64,000 nt of DNA from Babesia bigemina. Lineage: Eukaryota. The position numbers were made by a program, and so were the translations under genes. Below the pieces are notes generated by a model that was not told where the DNA came from, ran no database searches, and saw only the letters and a list, made by a program, of their open reading frames with translations. The stretch covers positions 2,418,001 to 2,482,000 of the forward strand of contig NC_027216.1 of NCBI RefSeq assembly GCF_000981445.1, in the 5' to 3' direction. This document shows positions 23,031 to 33,745 of the stretch, in pieces (positions within the stretch are counted from its first letter, which is position 1; each line of letters starts with the position of its first letter).

Positions 23031-24176
23031 TCACGCGTGTAGCGCGACGTTGTTACAGGCCGCTGGCAGCGGGCCAACACAGATTTTCGAGATGAAGTAT
23101 CGCATGCTCTGGGACACTGAGTGTCCGTCCCTGAAGTCCGTGACCATGTCGTTGTTCGTCGGCTGCAGGTGCTGCCCCAGAATGTCGATGCTGTACTGCT
23201 CATCCAATATCTGCGGGTTCTCCCGGATGATGTCCTGGACCACTGGGTTTCTGCAGAACGCCATGTACTCGGGGTTGCGTACAAGCGCTTGGCACATGCG
23301 ATTAACCAGCTGAACGGCTTCCTGATCCGGCGCGTGCTCCGCGTGGTGAGGACCGATTTCCGCGTGATTGTGTGTGGCGTGTCCTGCTATAAATTCTCCA
23401 CCGTGGCTCGGCTGGTGGTACGGGTAGTGCTGATCCTGGTGAGCATTGCCATGGGCGGCGTTGTCGTGATGGGCACTTGGAGTGTAAGCGACGAACGAAG
23501 GGTGTGCGTGCAAGGCGTTCTCGTGCGTAGCAACGTGGCCCAAGTGGCGTCCGCGACCAGAGATTGGCTGCCTGTGGGCTGACGGCTCCTCCTGGGCGTG
23601 GCTGCCGTGGGAGTCATGCGCATGGATCTCTTCGAAGTGAGGTTCAGGGATCTCGTGCAGGTGGGAGTTGATGAGGCCGTGGTTGACGGATACCTGCACT
23701 CCTGAAGATATCTGGTTGAAGGCCGTGTGCGGGTTGCCGTTCACATCGTGTGCAGGCTGAGCGGCATGGTATCGCCCTGCGGAACCCGCGGTAGCGCCAA
23801 GCTCGGTCGAAACGGCACTGCCGCGATCCGACGTCTCGTAAGCCGCATCCGCCACGGGCTCGTTCTCGAACTCGTTGGAATAGTCCTCGATGGTGTCCGC
23901 CTGACTCTGGCCCGCGGTGGACTGGCGCAGGATCTCCACCAGCTTCTTCATTGTCTCCCGACTCTCATCGTCTGCGATGCTCCTCTTCGCGAATTCTATT
24001 TGGTGTTGCGAGGGGGTGTACGACGCGAAGTGGATGGTTTCGATGCTGCCGGAGCCAGACGACCGCCCTGCGTAATCGTCTGGGAATGTGTAGGTCTCCT
24101 CGGCGCAGCCGGCTTCGAACACGCCGACGCAGCACAGCGCGAGGGCTGCAGTTACGCTGAGCGCGACTGTCTTCAT
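23031..24176 (-). CDS. Secreted His-rich hypothetical protein; 3' end may be spliced to ~22900-23025
   Basis: Signal-peptide-like MKTVALSVTAALALCCVGVFEAGCA; His-rich central region. Confidence 0.75.
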   Translation of the reverse strand: MKTVALSVTAALALCCVGVFEAGCAEETYTFPDDYAGRSSGSGSIETIHFASYTPSQHQIEFAKRSIADDESRETMKKLVEILRQSTAGQSQADTIEDYSNEFENEPVADAAYETSDRGSAVSTELGATAGSAGRYHAAQPAHDVNGNPHTAFNQISSGVQVSVNHGLINSHLHEIPEPHFEEIHAHDSHGSHAQEEPSAHRQPISGRGRHLGHVATHENALHAHPSFVAYTPSAHHDNAAHGNAHQDQHYPYHQPSHGGEFIAGHATHNHAEIGPHHAEHAPDQEAVQLVNRMCQALVRNPEYMAFCRNPVVQDIIRENPQILDEQYSIDILGQHLQPTNNDMVTDFRDGHSVSQSMRYFISKICVGPLPAACNNVALHA

Positions 24177-24533
24177 GGCTCAATGCTGTCTGTGAACGTG
24201 TCTAGCCGGTCGGCGTCGGCTGTCTGAGCGGATGTGTATGCAGCGCAGTGCACGCAAGAGCAACGCTGCAGCGCGTTAATCCCGGAATTCCGCCGCCGCA
24301 AATGGCGCCATCGTATTAGTCACGCCATTCTGGAGCACCCTGGCCGGTCCGACCCGGCTACAGGCGCCAGACGATGACGGGGACGCCGCGCATCACCTAG
24401 TGAAGCGGCCCATTGCCGCGCACATCGGTCACCTTACTCGCCACTCACATAATGGACACACGGGCCATTAAGCACTGCTAGAATATTAACACATCGATGT
24501 CCACGACGCTCGCGTCGCCTTGCTTCGGCAGCC

Positions 24534-26627
24534 ATGTCTGACCTCCTGCCGGTGCGCGATGACGGCTACGTGGAGCTCTTCAAGTTGCAGCGGCTGTTCG
24601 GCGCGACCTTCTCGGATTGCCATGGCGGCGCTGGGTCGGGGGAGGCTGCGGCGCAGCCTCTGCCCATAGAGCACGCCTGGTGCCGCGGCGAGGTCAACGC
24701 CGCGGTGGTACTGCGGCCCACAGACCCCGCATTCCCGGTAGCCTGCCTAGGTGACGATCGGGCTATCGCCATGCGGCTCACTCTGCGCCGGCAATGGCCG
24801 TCGGAGGGCGCATCTCAGGAGCTGGGGGCGGAGAAGCCGGCATGCCCAGCTGATCCCGGCGACGCCGCGCCTTCCGCCGATGGTGGCGGGGCGGCGCCCA
24901 CCCCCGCCAGCTGCTACAGCGTCAACGCCGCGGCGGATATAGCCATAGACAACGCGAGCATTAGCCACGAGCTCAAGCTGGTCATCAAGAAGGTGATGCT
25001 CACCTTCGTGTCCAAGTACCGCGCATCACAGCGCTACGTGGTCTACGAGTGCCTGAAATTCCTGGACCGGGAGCTTGCGCGTATTTTCGCGCTGTACGGA
25101 TCGCAACAGAGCAAGAAAGAGGCCAAGGAGCCGGCTGCTGCCGCCTCCGCAACTCCCAGCTCTGACCCCGACACGTGGTCGCTGCAGGAGCAGAAGAGGT
25201 AGGTGGCGAGGTTGCGGATACCACAATGTGTCGACAGCCTGGAGTTCGCGCTGGCGAAGACAAAGTCGCTGGCGGACCCGGCGAAGCGCTGGGCGGCTGT
25301 CGCCAGCGTGGTCAAGACGAAGACAGCGGAGGAGTGTCGGCGCAGGTTCCAGCGCTGCAGGGAGCAGCTGCTCAACAAGGCCACCGAGGTGAGGCGTGGC
25401 CACTGGCCGTTGACAGTGCTCCACAGGAACACAAATCGCTGGCTACGATGCCCAAGGACTTCGAGACGGTGCTCGCCAAGAGTGATGAGCTGCGCCTGCT
25501 GGAGCTTGAGCTGGAAAAAGTTAGCGTCATCAACGTCGTGAGCTTCGTGTAAGTCCCCTACGCCACGAGAGTTACATCGCTCAGCGCGCAACTGGCCTGC
25601 ACCCGATGCGAAGCGCTATTCGACGCCACGTTCGCCATGGGGGACAAGAAGACCGCAGTGGTGCAGCGCAGCTGCAGCAACTGCAGCATGGCCCAGCGCG
25701 GCGAGTTCCAGCCGCAGATAGCCTTCGGCACGCAACCCGTCATCGGCCGAATGAGCCTGGAGAACTGCGTTTTCAGGGCAGGTTGCCGGAGGCATGAGCT
25801 GACCGCATTGCAGGATCTCATAAACGGCGAGTTCTACCTCACCTGCGAGGCGTGCGACACCCAGTGCAAGGTTAGGGACGTGCAGAATGGTGGGTTTAAG
25901 TGCAAGTGGTGACGTGCCATGCGACGCACACGTTGCGTATACGTGGTTCCGACGCTGCTGTCCTCATGGGAGTCAGGCCTGCGCAAAAGGTCGAGCTGCC
26001 GCGGCTGCTTCGCCAGCCTCACGCTGCAGTTCAACACCGTGGAATTCGGGCACGAGGCTCCATCGCCGCAGTGAGTTTGCCCGCCGACCGTAGTCATGCC
26101 GCTAAGGGCGATCGCCGTGAAGCCGAAGTTCGTGCCCCCGAGGGCGCCACGGCCAAAGGCGCAGCAGGCGCGCGGCCTGAAGGTTGGCACGCCTCTGCCG
26201 GACAACGGAGCCTGCAAACACTACAGGAAGTCGTTTCGGTGGTTCAGGTTCCCGTGCTGCGGAAAGGTACGTGGGCTGACAGCGCAGCCACAGCTATGCA
26301 CATACACACGCAGCTGTTCCCGTGTGACGGATGCCACGACGAGGCGTCGGACCACCCGTACGAGCCCGCACACATGATCGTGTGCGGTCGCTGCTCGACG
26401 CAGCAGCCGGTGTCCAACAGCAAGTGCCGCGGCTGCGACCGCGGCTTCACCGCGTCGAGCTCGTCGTACTGGGAGGTAGGCGAAACCACGAGATTCCAAA
26501 CGCGCCGCAGGGCGGAAAAGGCTGTAGGGACGCGGTAAAGCTCAGCCGCAAGGATTCCAAGAAGTACGGACTGATGCGCCGGCAGGCGAATGCCATGGCG
26601 CGCGACTCCAGCGACCGGAAAGGCTAG
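24534..26627 (+). CDS. SANT/Myb-like plus CHY zinc-finger protein, multi-exon
   Basis: WSLQEQK|LEFAL...RWAAVASVVKTKTAEECRRRF (SANT) and CKHYRKSFRWFRFPCCGK|LFPCDGCHDEASDH...CGRC...CRGC (CHY); several 35-40 nt introns. Confidence 0.8.
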
Positions 26628-27015
26628 AGGCGCGTGCGCTAGCCGTAGACACTGTTGAACCACAATAGCGCTGTAACCGTATGCTGACATTGAAGCAGTG
26701 GAATCCACGCGGCGGACGCGAGTTGCAACCCCGACCGCTGGGAACCCCCTCTGTTGTGCTCTCGCGCAGGGTGTCTGGACACATGGCGGGCGACGAACCT
26801 CCCACCGGAGGCACACATAAAACGCGACACATTTATCGCTGCGTCGTATCTTCACCGTTATACAGTGATCCGTCGTTTGTACTATAACGGACGAGCCTAA
26901 GCACGCCACGCCGCGGCCGGAGTCCATGCGCCGCGGCTCCCTGGCACCCACACTGGCGTGGCGAGCGCCTGCGTAATAGGAAACTACGAGCGCGGAGTGA
27001 CGAGACGAAGACACC

Positions 27016-30000
27016 ATGGTGGCCGCGACCCACACACCGGCTGCGCGGACCAATATCCTGCAGCAGCTGGAGCAGGCCGAAAACATGACGGATGAGGAGA
27101 GGGTCAACAAGTACTTCTACAACCTCTACGTCTCGAACATCACCACCGACGAGATGATAGAAGTGATGCACCGCTTAGACAGCAGCCCCGACGGGTCCCG
27201 GAACAGGGATACGTATCGCACCATGCTCACGATACTCTTCAACGAGTGCAGGTTCTTCCCCAAGTACCCCGTCCAGGAGCTCGCCATCACCGCGGAGCTC
27301 TTCGGCAAGATGATTAAGGAGGGGCTGCTGACCTGTAATGGCAACCTGCTCTTGCTCGCGCTGCGCTGCATCATCGAGTCGCTCAGGCGCGGCAAGTCCT
27401 CCAAGATGTTCCAGTTCGGCACCGTTGCGCTGTCGCAGTTTGAAACGTCGATCGCGAACTTCCCCTGGTTCGCCAGTCAGCTGCTGGACGTCCCTGACGT
27501 GCGCGAGACTTTCCCGCAGCTGTACAAGACCTGCGAGAAGCTTCAAACCATAATGACGGAGGCCATGCTGACCACGACCTACGTGGACCAGTACCGGGGG
27601 ATCATATTGCGCCCCGAGGACTGCTTTCCGGGTCCGATTTTGGACGCTCCGGACTCCGAGGCCCCCAATATCGAAATGCTGCTGGCCACGGCGGATAGGG
27701 ATAGGCTGGACGTCGGAGAGATGGAGTCCCTCATGAACGGTGTCGCGGAGGAGTTCACGATCACGGTTCCGCCAGGGCCGGTGGTGAACCTAATCTACGC
27801 CGCCTTCAACAACATGGCGGCCGACAGCGCGGCGCAGAAGGCACGGGAGGTCAACGAGGTGTTATCGCCCGAGAACGTGTCCTGGTTGCTAGTATACATC
27901 ATCAAAACGAGAGCCTCGAAGGAACAGAACCTACACGAGGTCTTTGTTATTTTCATCGAAAACGTCAAGATACCCAAGATATTCGACATGGCCATTCAGA
28001 TCACGTACGCGTGCATCTCAGCCTGCCTGAAGAACATCGTCGAGTTCAAGGGGCTAGCGTCGTACCGCACGCTTCTGAGGAACCTGGGCAGCTGGATCGG
28101 CAGGATTACGGTGGGCCGAAACATGCCCATCATGAGTCGCCACCTGGACCTCAAGCAGGTCATCTACCACGCGTACGAAAACGGCGCCATGATAGCGGCA
28201 CTGCCGTTCGTCTGCAAGATTATAGAAAACATAAAGCATTCAAAGATTTTCAAGCCGCCGAACCCGTGGACGACGGCCATGCTAAACTTCCTTGTGGAGG
28301 TACACAGGCTGAAGGCGCTCAAGACCTCCCTGGTATTCGAGGTGGAGGTGCTCTTCAAACACCTCGACCTCAACATGAACAGCTTCGCAAACAAAACCAG
28401 GCTGCTCGAGTCCAAGGTGCGGCCCGAAGACTCGCCCGACTTCGACATCTCCGTCATCGGCCACAGGGTGGATAAGGGGGCGCATCAACATGCGCGGGAA
28501 CCGGCGCCGCGCAAGGTAAAAGCGCCGCCGCTGACATCTGGTACGCAGACATCGACGTTAACCAAGGCTGCGCAACATGCCATGCAGAATGCTCTGCTGA
28601 CCACCATGCCGCCCAGACAGCCGGTGAGGTCTGGTGGGGTCTATGGAAGTGCACCATTGCTCTACACAAGAGGCTTGCCAAATTACTTCTATGATTTGGA
28701 AATAATGCGCTACATGCCGTTAGCGCTTCAAGGCGCTTTTGTAAACGATGAGTCCGTCAGGGACAAGCTTAACATTCTGCTCGGCAGGGTTATGCGCGAT
28801 AAAGGTAATCCCAAGGGTGAGCAGGGGTCACTAGATTCAATATCCGAAGAGCTGCTTTTAGCTTTGAGTAGTTCCTTCTTGGGTATTCCTCCCGAAAGCT
28901 TCAAGCCCGGCATGTCCTTGCCCGCCAATATGCCTTCTGAGCAGCAGTCGCAGCTCTCTACGCCTCCCCCTCCGCCCGTCGTGGAGAACCTCGCCAACAT
29001 GCCGCTGAGCAGCTACGGCGAGCGCCTTCTCCAGAAGCTGCACGGCGCGGTGATTATATCGCCTGCGATCGCAATATTCGAAATCCAGCCGCAGCTACGC
29101 GGGTGCGTGCCTGTGGCAATTGAGAGGGCCATACGCAGGGTGCTGCCCATAGTCTCGGAACACTCGATCTCGATTGCGAGGGCGACCACGCGTGTTCTCA
29201 TCACGAATGATTACGCCGGAGAGGACGACGAGGTCACCTTGAGAGGCGCCATCCACACCATGATGGAGACTTTTGCCACCTCTCTAGTAAGGGCCACCTG
29301 CAAGGAGCCGCTGAGGATCGCCTTCCATGAAAGCTTGAGGGCTGCCTTGCAGACCTACCGCACGCAGGATTGCAATGACCAGGTGCTGATAGAACAGCTG
29401 GTGCAGATTATTAGTCAGGATAACCTGCTGCCGGCGGTGGGCGTTGCCGAAAAGATCGTGGGGGAACGTGCGATCCGCGAAGCCGACGCCTTGGTTCCTG
29501 ATATAGCGAAGACGTGTAAAACGGTGCCGAAGATCACCATCACGCTGCCGCCTCTGCTGCAGCAGTGGAACAAGCTGAACGTCTTTGTGGACAAGAGGAA
29601 CCTCACGCTCTACAGGAGCTTGTTCCAGCGTCCGAACCGTCCGGTGGCGCCTCCGCAGCACAGCCAATCGCAACCGGCTCCTCAACCCAAAAGCCAACAC
29701 AACAAGCAGCAACAGGGTCAACAGCAGAAACACCAGCAGCAACAACAGTCTGGACAAGGTCAACAACAGTCGCACGGGCAAGCCGGAAGTCAGAAACACC
29801 AGCAGCAACAACAGCAACAGTCTGGTCAGCAAGGCCAACAACAGTCGCATGGGCAATCCGGAAATCCGAAACACCAGCAGCAACAACAGTCTGGACAAGG
29901 CCAACAGCAGTCGCATGGGCAATCCGGAAATCCGAAACACCAGCAACAGTCTGGTCAGCAAGGCCAACAGCAGGCCCATCGGAACCAGCAACAACAGCAG

Positions 30001-33000
30001 TCTGGTCCGCAAGCTCAACAACAGGTCCATCGGGGTCAACAACAACAACAACAGCTGTCGGGACAAGCTCAACAGCCGAAGAGCCAGTCATTGTTGGGAC
30101 CAAATCAACAGCAAAAAACCCAGCAACTGTTAGGACAAGCCCAACCGCAGAAAAGCCAGCCATTGTTGACACAGGGCCAGCAGCAGAAAGCCCAGTCATT
30201 GTTGACACAGATCCAACAACAAAAAAGCCAGCAACTGTTAGGACAAGCCCAACAACAAAAAAGCCAGCAACTGTTAGGGCAAGCTCAACAGCAGAAAAGC
30301 CAGTCATTGTTGGGACAAGTTCAACAACAGGCCCATCGGAACCAGCAGCAACAACAACAGCAACTGTTAGGACAAGCTCAACAGCCGAAGAGCCAGTCAT
30401 TGTTGGGACCAAACCAACCGCAGAAAAACCAGCCATTGTTGGGACAAAATCAGCAGCAGAAAAGCCAGCCGTTGTTGACACAGGGTCAACCGCAGAAAAA
30501 CCAGCAACTGTTAGGACAAGTCCAACAACCGGCACACGGTCAATCGGGTCAACCTCAGAAAAACCAGCCATTGTTGGCACAAAACCAACAGCAGAAAAGC
30601 CAGCCATTGTTGGCACAAAACCAACCTCAGAAAAGCCAGCCATTGTTGGCACAAAACCAACAGCAGAAAAGCCAGCAACTGTTAGGACAGGCTCAACAAC
30701 CGGCACACGGTCAATCGGGTCAACCGCAGAAAAGCCAGTCATTGTTGGGACAAGGTCAACAACAGTTGCATCGTGTACCGCAGCAACAACAGCAAAAGCA
30801 TCAACAACAACAACCGCAGCCGCAACCGCCACAACATCAGAATCAACAAATGCCTCCGCAACAACATATTCCTCCCGTGAATCACCACCAACGACCGCCA
30901 ATGCAGCAGCCGCAACCGCAGCCCCCCCAAAGACCAGCGCAGCAACAGGCGCCACAGAACCCTCCGCAAGCTTTAGCGCCAGCATCGATGCCTCCGTCAG
31001 CCAGGGGCCCACCAGCCGTTCCCATGCCAATGCCCATGGCGCCGTCCAACGGGATACTGTCCAGGTTCGAAGAGGCCTTTGGCGAGGTTAGGGAGCCGCT
31101 ACGGGACATCGCGTTGTTCCCGCCGATTCTGTACTCGCAGTCTCCCGCAGAGCGGGGTAAAAAACCCATAATGTTCAGCACCCATGCGCTGCTGGTGCTC
31201 TACAGCCTCCCCGTCGACCACGAAATCTTTACGTGCATCGCCAATTGTCTCAACGTCATGCAGAACTCTAAGGATATGGAGATGGCGTCGCTGGCCATCG
31301 CTCACAGGCTCATCATGTTCCTCTGCGAGGGAATTGGCTCTCACGCGGGTCTCAACGTGGAGGTTCTGCTCTGCGTTTTGGAAGGTCTCGCCAGGCTCAA
31401 CGTCGCGGTCAAGCAGGCAATTTGCTCCATCATCTATGCCAATCCAGTTGACGAGAGTAACACGGTTTTCACCGTGGCCACGATTACGGGGTTGCTGCGA
31501 TACAACTTGCTGGACTGGCAGCAACTGACACACTTCCTTATTTTATCCATGGACAAGGGAAAGAACGTTTACGCGGTAGAGATGACGATCGTGATCACGG
31601 CGATAGCCGTCGTAGACCAGCGGAGCATCCATCCGGAGCGTGCCACGCAAATCATACGGGAAATTGCCAACACCAAATGCGGCCAGGATATGTGTGAAAA
31701 CTACCCCGGCATAATGCTGAAGGACGCTCGTAGCAAGCTGTTGAAGGATTATATGGATCTGCACCGCGATGCGAGAATCGTGGTCTCGTCGCTGACACCC
31801 ATCATCAAGGATAATCTGTCTGCGTGCGTACCTTACGCCTCGTTCAACATTATGTGCCCGGAAAGTGACACTGACCCCGTGCCTGAAGTATTCCTTCGCG
31901 AGACCATGATCGTTAATCTCGGATTCGGAGGCGTGAGACGCGTATCACCGCCCCCTGCCGTGTCTGACTCCCACCGCGCCATCATTACCATAATATTCGC
32001 CAAGTGGATTGAGTGCAGCTTGTCCTATGAGGGCGACAACCTGCTCCTGGCTTGGCGCCAGTTCTTCCAAAGATTTAACCTGCAGAACCTGTTCAAGATG
32101 GACGGCGGAACGGATAACTTCTTCGCCATCTGTGTCGGCAGTGCCGTGGCGAACTCCCCCTCTCACGGAACCCCTTACACAAGTGCGCAACTTGCAGACT
32201 CTGCATTCCCGTACCATCCGGTAGACAACATGGTCGCACTGGCCAAAATGGTCGATGTCATGCAGAGACTTGTCGGAGGCAGCGATGTGCCGCCCTCAAG
32301 CGCGCTGCAGAAGCTGTTGTCGGCAACAGCGAGCCTGATTGTCTACGGTGAGCGTTACATGGGTTACTACAAACTCTGGGTGGTCATGATGAACTACTTC
32401 GACAAGATCGAGACACTCAACGGACAGATTGTTTGCAGGATCACGTTCTTGAACGCCCTCAAGATTATCTCGCCGCTGCGAGCGCCGGAGTTCGCATACT
32501 ACTGGATCAGGCTCGTCGGGCACAAGAGCTTGTTGCCTGGAGCCATGGCAGTGCCAAGGTGTTGGCAACTCGTGGCCAAGCTGCTCCTTCAGGCGACGTG
32601 CTTCATGCAGAGCACCAACGCGATGGAACATACGCCTCATCTGGAGCAGGTGTACTACGAGCTGGTCCAGCGGCTGTGCATAGACTACCCGCACTTTATT
32701 GTCGAGTACTACTTCTGCATCGGAGGCTCGCCGCGGATCGAGCGGCTGGTCGGCTGTTGCAGCATTGAGCCCCAATCCACGCCTTTCGGCACATTGAAAA
32801 CGCCAGTAGACCACCTTCCTGCCATGCTATACATGCCGAGGGTTGCTCCGTTTATTGTCACAATACTCTTCCGGCACGAGATCAAGCCCCAACTCGACAT
32901 ACTGCTACGTGTCATGTCGCACAAGAACCGGTTACCGCCTGTATCTTCCATCAATATCTACGGGGCGGACTTCGAAGAACTGTTGGAGGTTCTCGAGGAC

Positions 33001-33474
33001 GTAGTCATAAACGACCCCGCACAGGCGCCCACGCTCTTCACCGCCCTTACCTTCTACATCGGCGTTGAGTTCCCGCACGCCATGGCGGGCCAAGTACAGA
33101 CAGACGACACACGGATTTATCTGTACATGGACCTCATGCGCAGCTTATCAATGGCGGGCAAGTACGTGTTCGTCAATGCGCTATGCCGGCACATGCGGTT
33201 CCCGAACGCCCATACACACTTCTTCAGCTGCCTGGTGCTCTGGATGTTCGACGAGCTTCGCGAGCCAGGCGACGAAGAATCGCGGGACGTCATGCTCAGG
33301 GTGCTCCTGGAGCACGTGCTGGCGCCACCCGAGTGCCCGTGGGGAGTGAAGTTGGCCGTGCTCGAGCTATTCAGCAACCCAAGGTTCGAGCTTAGCGGAA
33401 GCGCTTTCCAGTTATTACCAGACCCTCTGCAGTCGATTATTGATTCCGTCGCACGTGTCTGTTCACAGGATTAA
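27016..33474 (+). CDS. NOT1: CCR4-NOT scaffold subunit NOT1 (NOT1-G-like) with Gln-rich insertion
   Basis: TTP-binding-type LFNECRFFPKYPVQELAITAELFG; CAF1-binding MIF4G (RASKEQN, LLRNLGSWIG, FKPPNPWT); DUF3819-type TCKEPLR; Not1 C-terminus MRFPNAHTHFFSC...PWG. Confidence 0.93.
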   Translation: MVAATHTPAARTNILQQLEQAENMTDEERVNKYFYNLYVSNITTDEMIEVMHRLDSSPDGSRNRDTYRTMLTILFNECRFFPKYPVQELAITAELFGKMIKEGLLTCNGNLLLLALRCIIESLRRGKSSKMFQFGTVALSQFETSIANFPWFASQLLDVPDVRETFPQLYKTCEKLQTIMTEAMLTTTYVDQYRGIILRPEDCFPGPILDAPDSEAPNIEMLLATADRDRLDVGEMESLMNGVAEEFTITVPPGPVVNLIYAAFNNMAADSAAQKAREVNEVLSPENVSWLLVYIIKTRASKEQNLHEVFVIFIENVKIPKIFDMAIQITYACISACLKNIVEFKGLASYRTLLRNLGSWIGRITVGRNMPIMSRHLDLKQVIYHAYENGAMIAALPFVCKIIENIKHSKIFKPPNPWTTAMLNFLVEVHRLKALKTSLVFEVEVLFKHLDLNMNSFANKTRLLESKVRPEDSPDFDISVIGHRVDKGAHQHAREPAPRKVKAPPLTSGTQTSTLTKAAQHAMQNALLTTMPPRQPVRSGGVYGSAPLLYTRGLPNYFYDLEIMRYMPLALQGAFVNDESVRDKLNILLGRVMRDKGNPKGEQGSLDSISEELLLALSSSFLGIPPESFKPGMSLPANMPSEQQSQLSTPPPPPVVENLANMPLSSYGERLLQKLHGAVIISPAIAIFEIQPQLRGCVPVAIERAIRRVLPIVSEHSISIARATTRVLITNDYAGEDDEVTLRGAIHTMMETFATSLVRATCKEPLRIAFHESLRAALQTYRTQDCNDQVLIEQLVQIISQDNLLPAVGVAEKIVGERAIREADALVPDIAKTCKTVPKITITLPPLLQQWNKLNVFVDKRNLTLYRSLFQRPNRPVAPPQHSQSQPAPQPKSQHNKQQQGQQQKHQQQQQSGQGQQQSHGQAGSQKHQQQQQQQSGQQGQQQSHGQSGNPKHQQQQQSGQGQQQSHGQSGNPKHQQQSGQQGQQQAHRNQQQQQSGPQAQQQVHRGQQQQQQLSGQAQQPKSQSLLGPNQQQKTQQLLGQAQPQKSQPLLTQGQQQKAQSLLTQIQQQKSQQLLGQAQQQKSQQLLGQAQQQKSQSLLGQVQQQAHRNQQQQQQQLLGQAQQPKSQSLLGPNQPQKNQPLLGQNQQQKSQPLLTQGQPQKNQQLLGQVQQPAHGQSGQPQKNQPLLAQNQQQKSQPLLAQNQPQKSQPLLAQNQQQKSQQLLGQAQQPAHGQSGQPQKSQSLLGQGQQQLHRVPQQQQQKHQQQQPQPQPPQHQNQQMPPQQHIPPVNHHQRPPMQQPQPQPPQRPAQQQAPQNPPQALAPASMPPSARGPPAVPMPMPMAPSNGILSRFEEAFGEVREPLRDIALFPPILYSQSPAERGKKPIMFSTHALLVLYSLPVDHEIFTCIANCLNVMQNSKDMEMASLAIAHRLIMFLCEGIGSHAGLNVEVLLCVLEGLARLNVAVKQAICSIIYANPVDESNTVFTVATITGLLRYNLLDWQQLTHFLILSMDKGKNVYAVEMTIVITAIAVVDQRSIHPERATQIIREIANTKCGQDMCENYPGIMLKDARSKLLKDYMDLHRDARIVVSSLTPIIKDNLSACVPYASFNIMCPESDTDPVPEVFLRETMIVNLGFGGVRRVSPPPAVSDSHRAIITIIFAKWIECSLSYEGDNLLLAWRQFFQRFNLQNLFKMDGGTDNFFAICVGSAVANSPSHGTPYTSAQLADSAFPYHPVDNMVALAKMVDVMQRLVGGSDVPPSSALQKLLSATASLIVYGERYMGYYKLWVVMMNYFDKIETLNGQIVCRITFLNALKIISPLRAPEFAYYWIRLVGHKSLLPGAMAVPRCWQLVAKLLLQATCFMQSTNAMEHTPHLEQVYYELVQRLCIDYPHFIVEYYFCIGGSPRIERLVGCCSIEPQSTPFGTLKTPVDHLPAMLYMPRVAPFIVTILFRHEIKPQLDILLRVMSHKNRLPPVSSINIYGADFEELLEVLEDVVINDPAQAPTLFTALTFYIGVEFPHAMAGQVQTDDTRIYLYMDLMRSLSMAGKYVFVNALCRHMRFPNAHTHFFSCLVLWMFDELREPGDEESRDVMLRVLLEHVLAPPECPWGVKLAVLELFSNPRFELSGSAFQLLPDPLQSIIDSVARVCSQD
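29650..30960 (+). repeat. Coding Gln-rich degenerate tandem repeats inside NOT1
   Basis: Units such as QQQSHGQSGNPKHQQQ and QKSQPLLAQNQQ / QKSQQLLGQAQQ; DNA unit cagaaaagccagccattgttg. Confidence 0.9.
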
Positions 33475-33745
33475 ACGTGCTCACCGTACCTAACAACATC
33501 CGTTTAACCGTTACAGTGCTTCATGGTCATGGGATTGCATTCACTAAGTCCCCGTTGTACGGGCATTGTGCCGCAGCTGGCAGTTCTATAGTGGCGCAGA
33601 GTGCGATTTATGACCGGTCTGCGAGTGGCTATAGTGTGCCGTTCGACGGCGCAGCGCAGGCCGCCTGTCTCCGGCGCCGAGTGGAAGGCACAGCACCAGT
33701 GCCCGGTCGGATGTCGGACACACTACACACTTCTGCGCCGAAAGG

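Noticed and set aside
29565..31091. 508-aa alternative-frame ORF (TAEKPAIVGTK repeats) and 475-aa antisense ORF inside NOT1
   Set aside because: By-product of stop-poor CAA/CAG repeats; the plus-strand ORF starts at GTG and is roughly co-extensive with the repeat.
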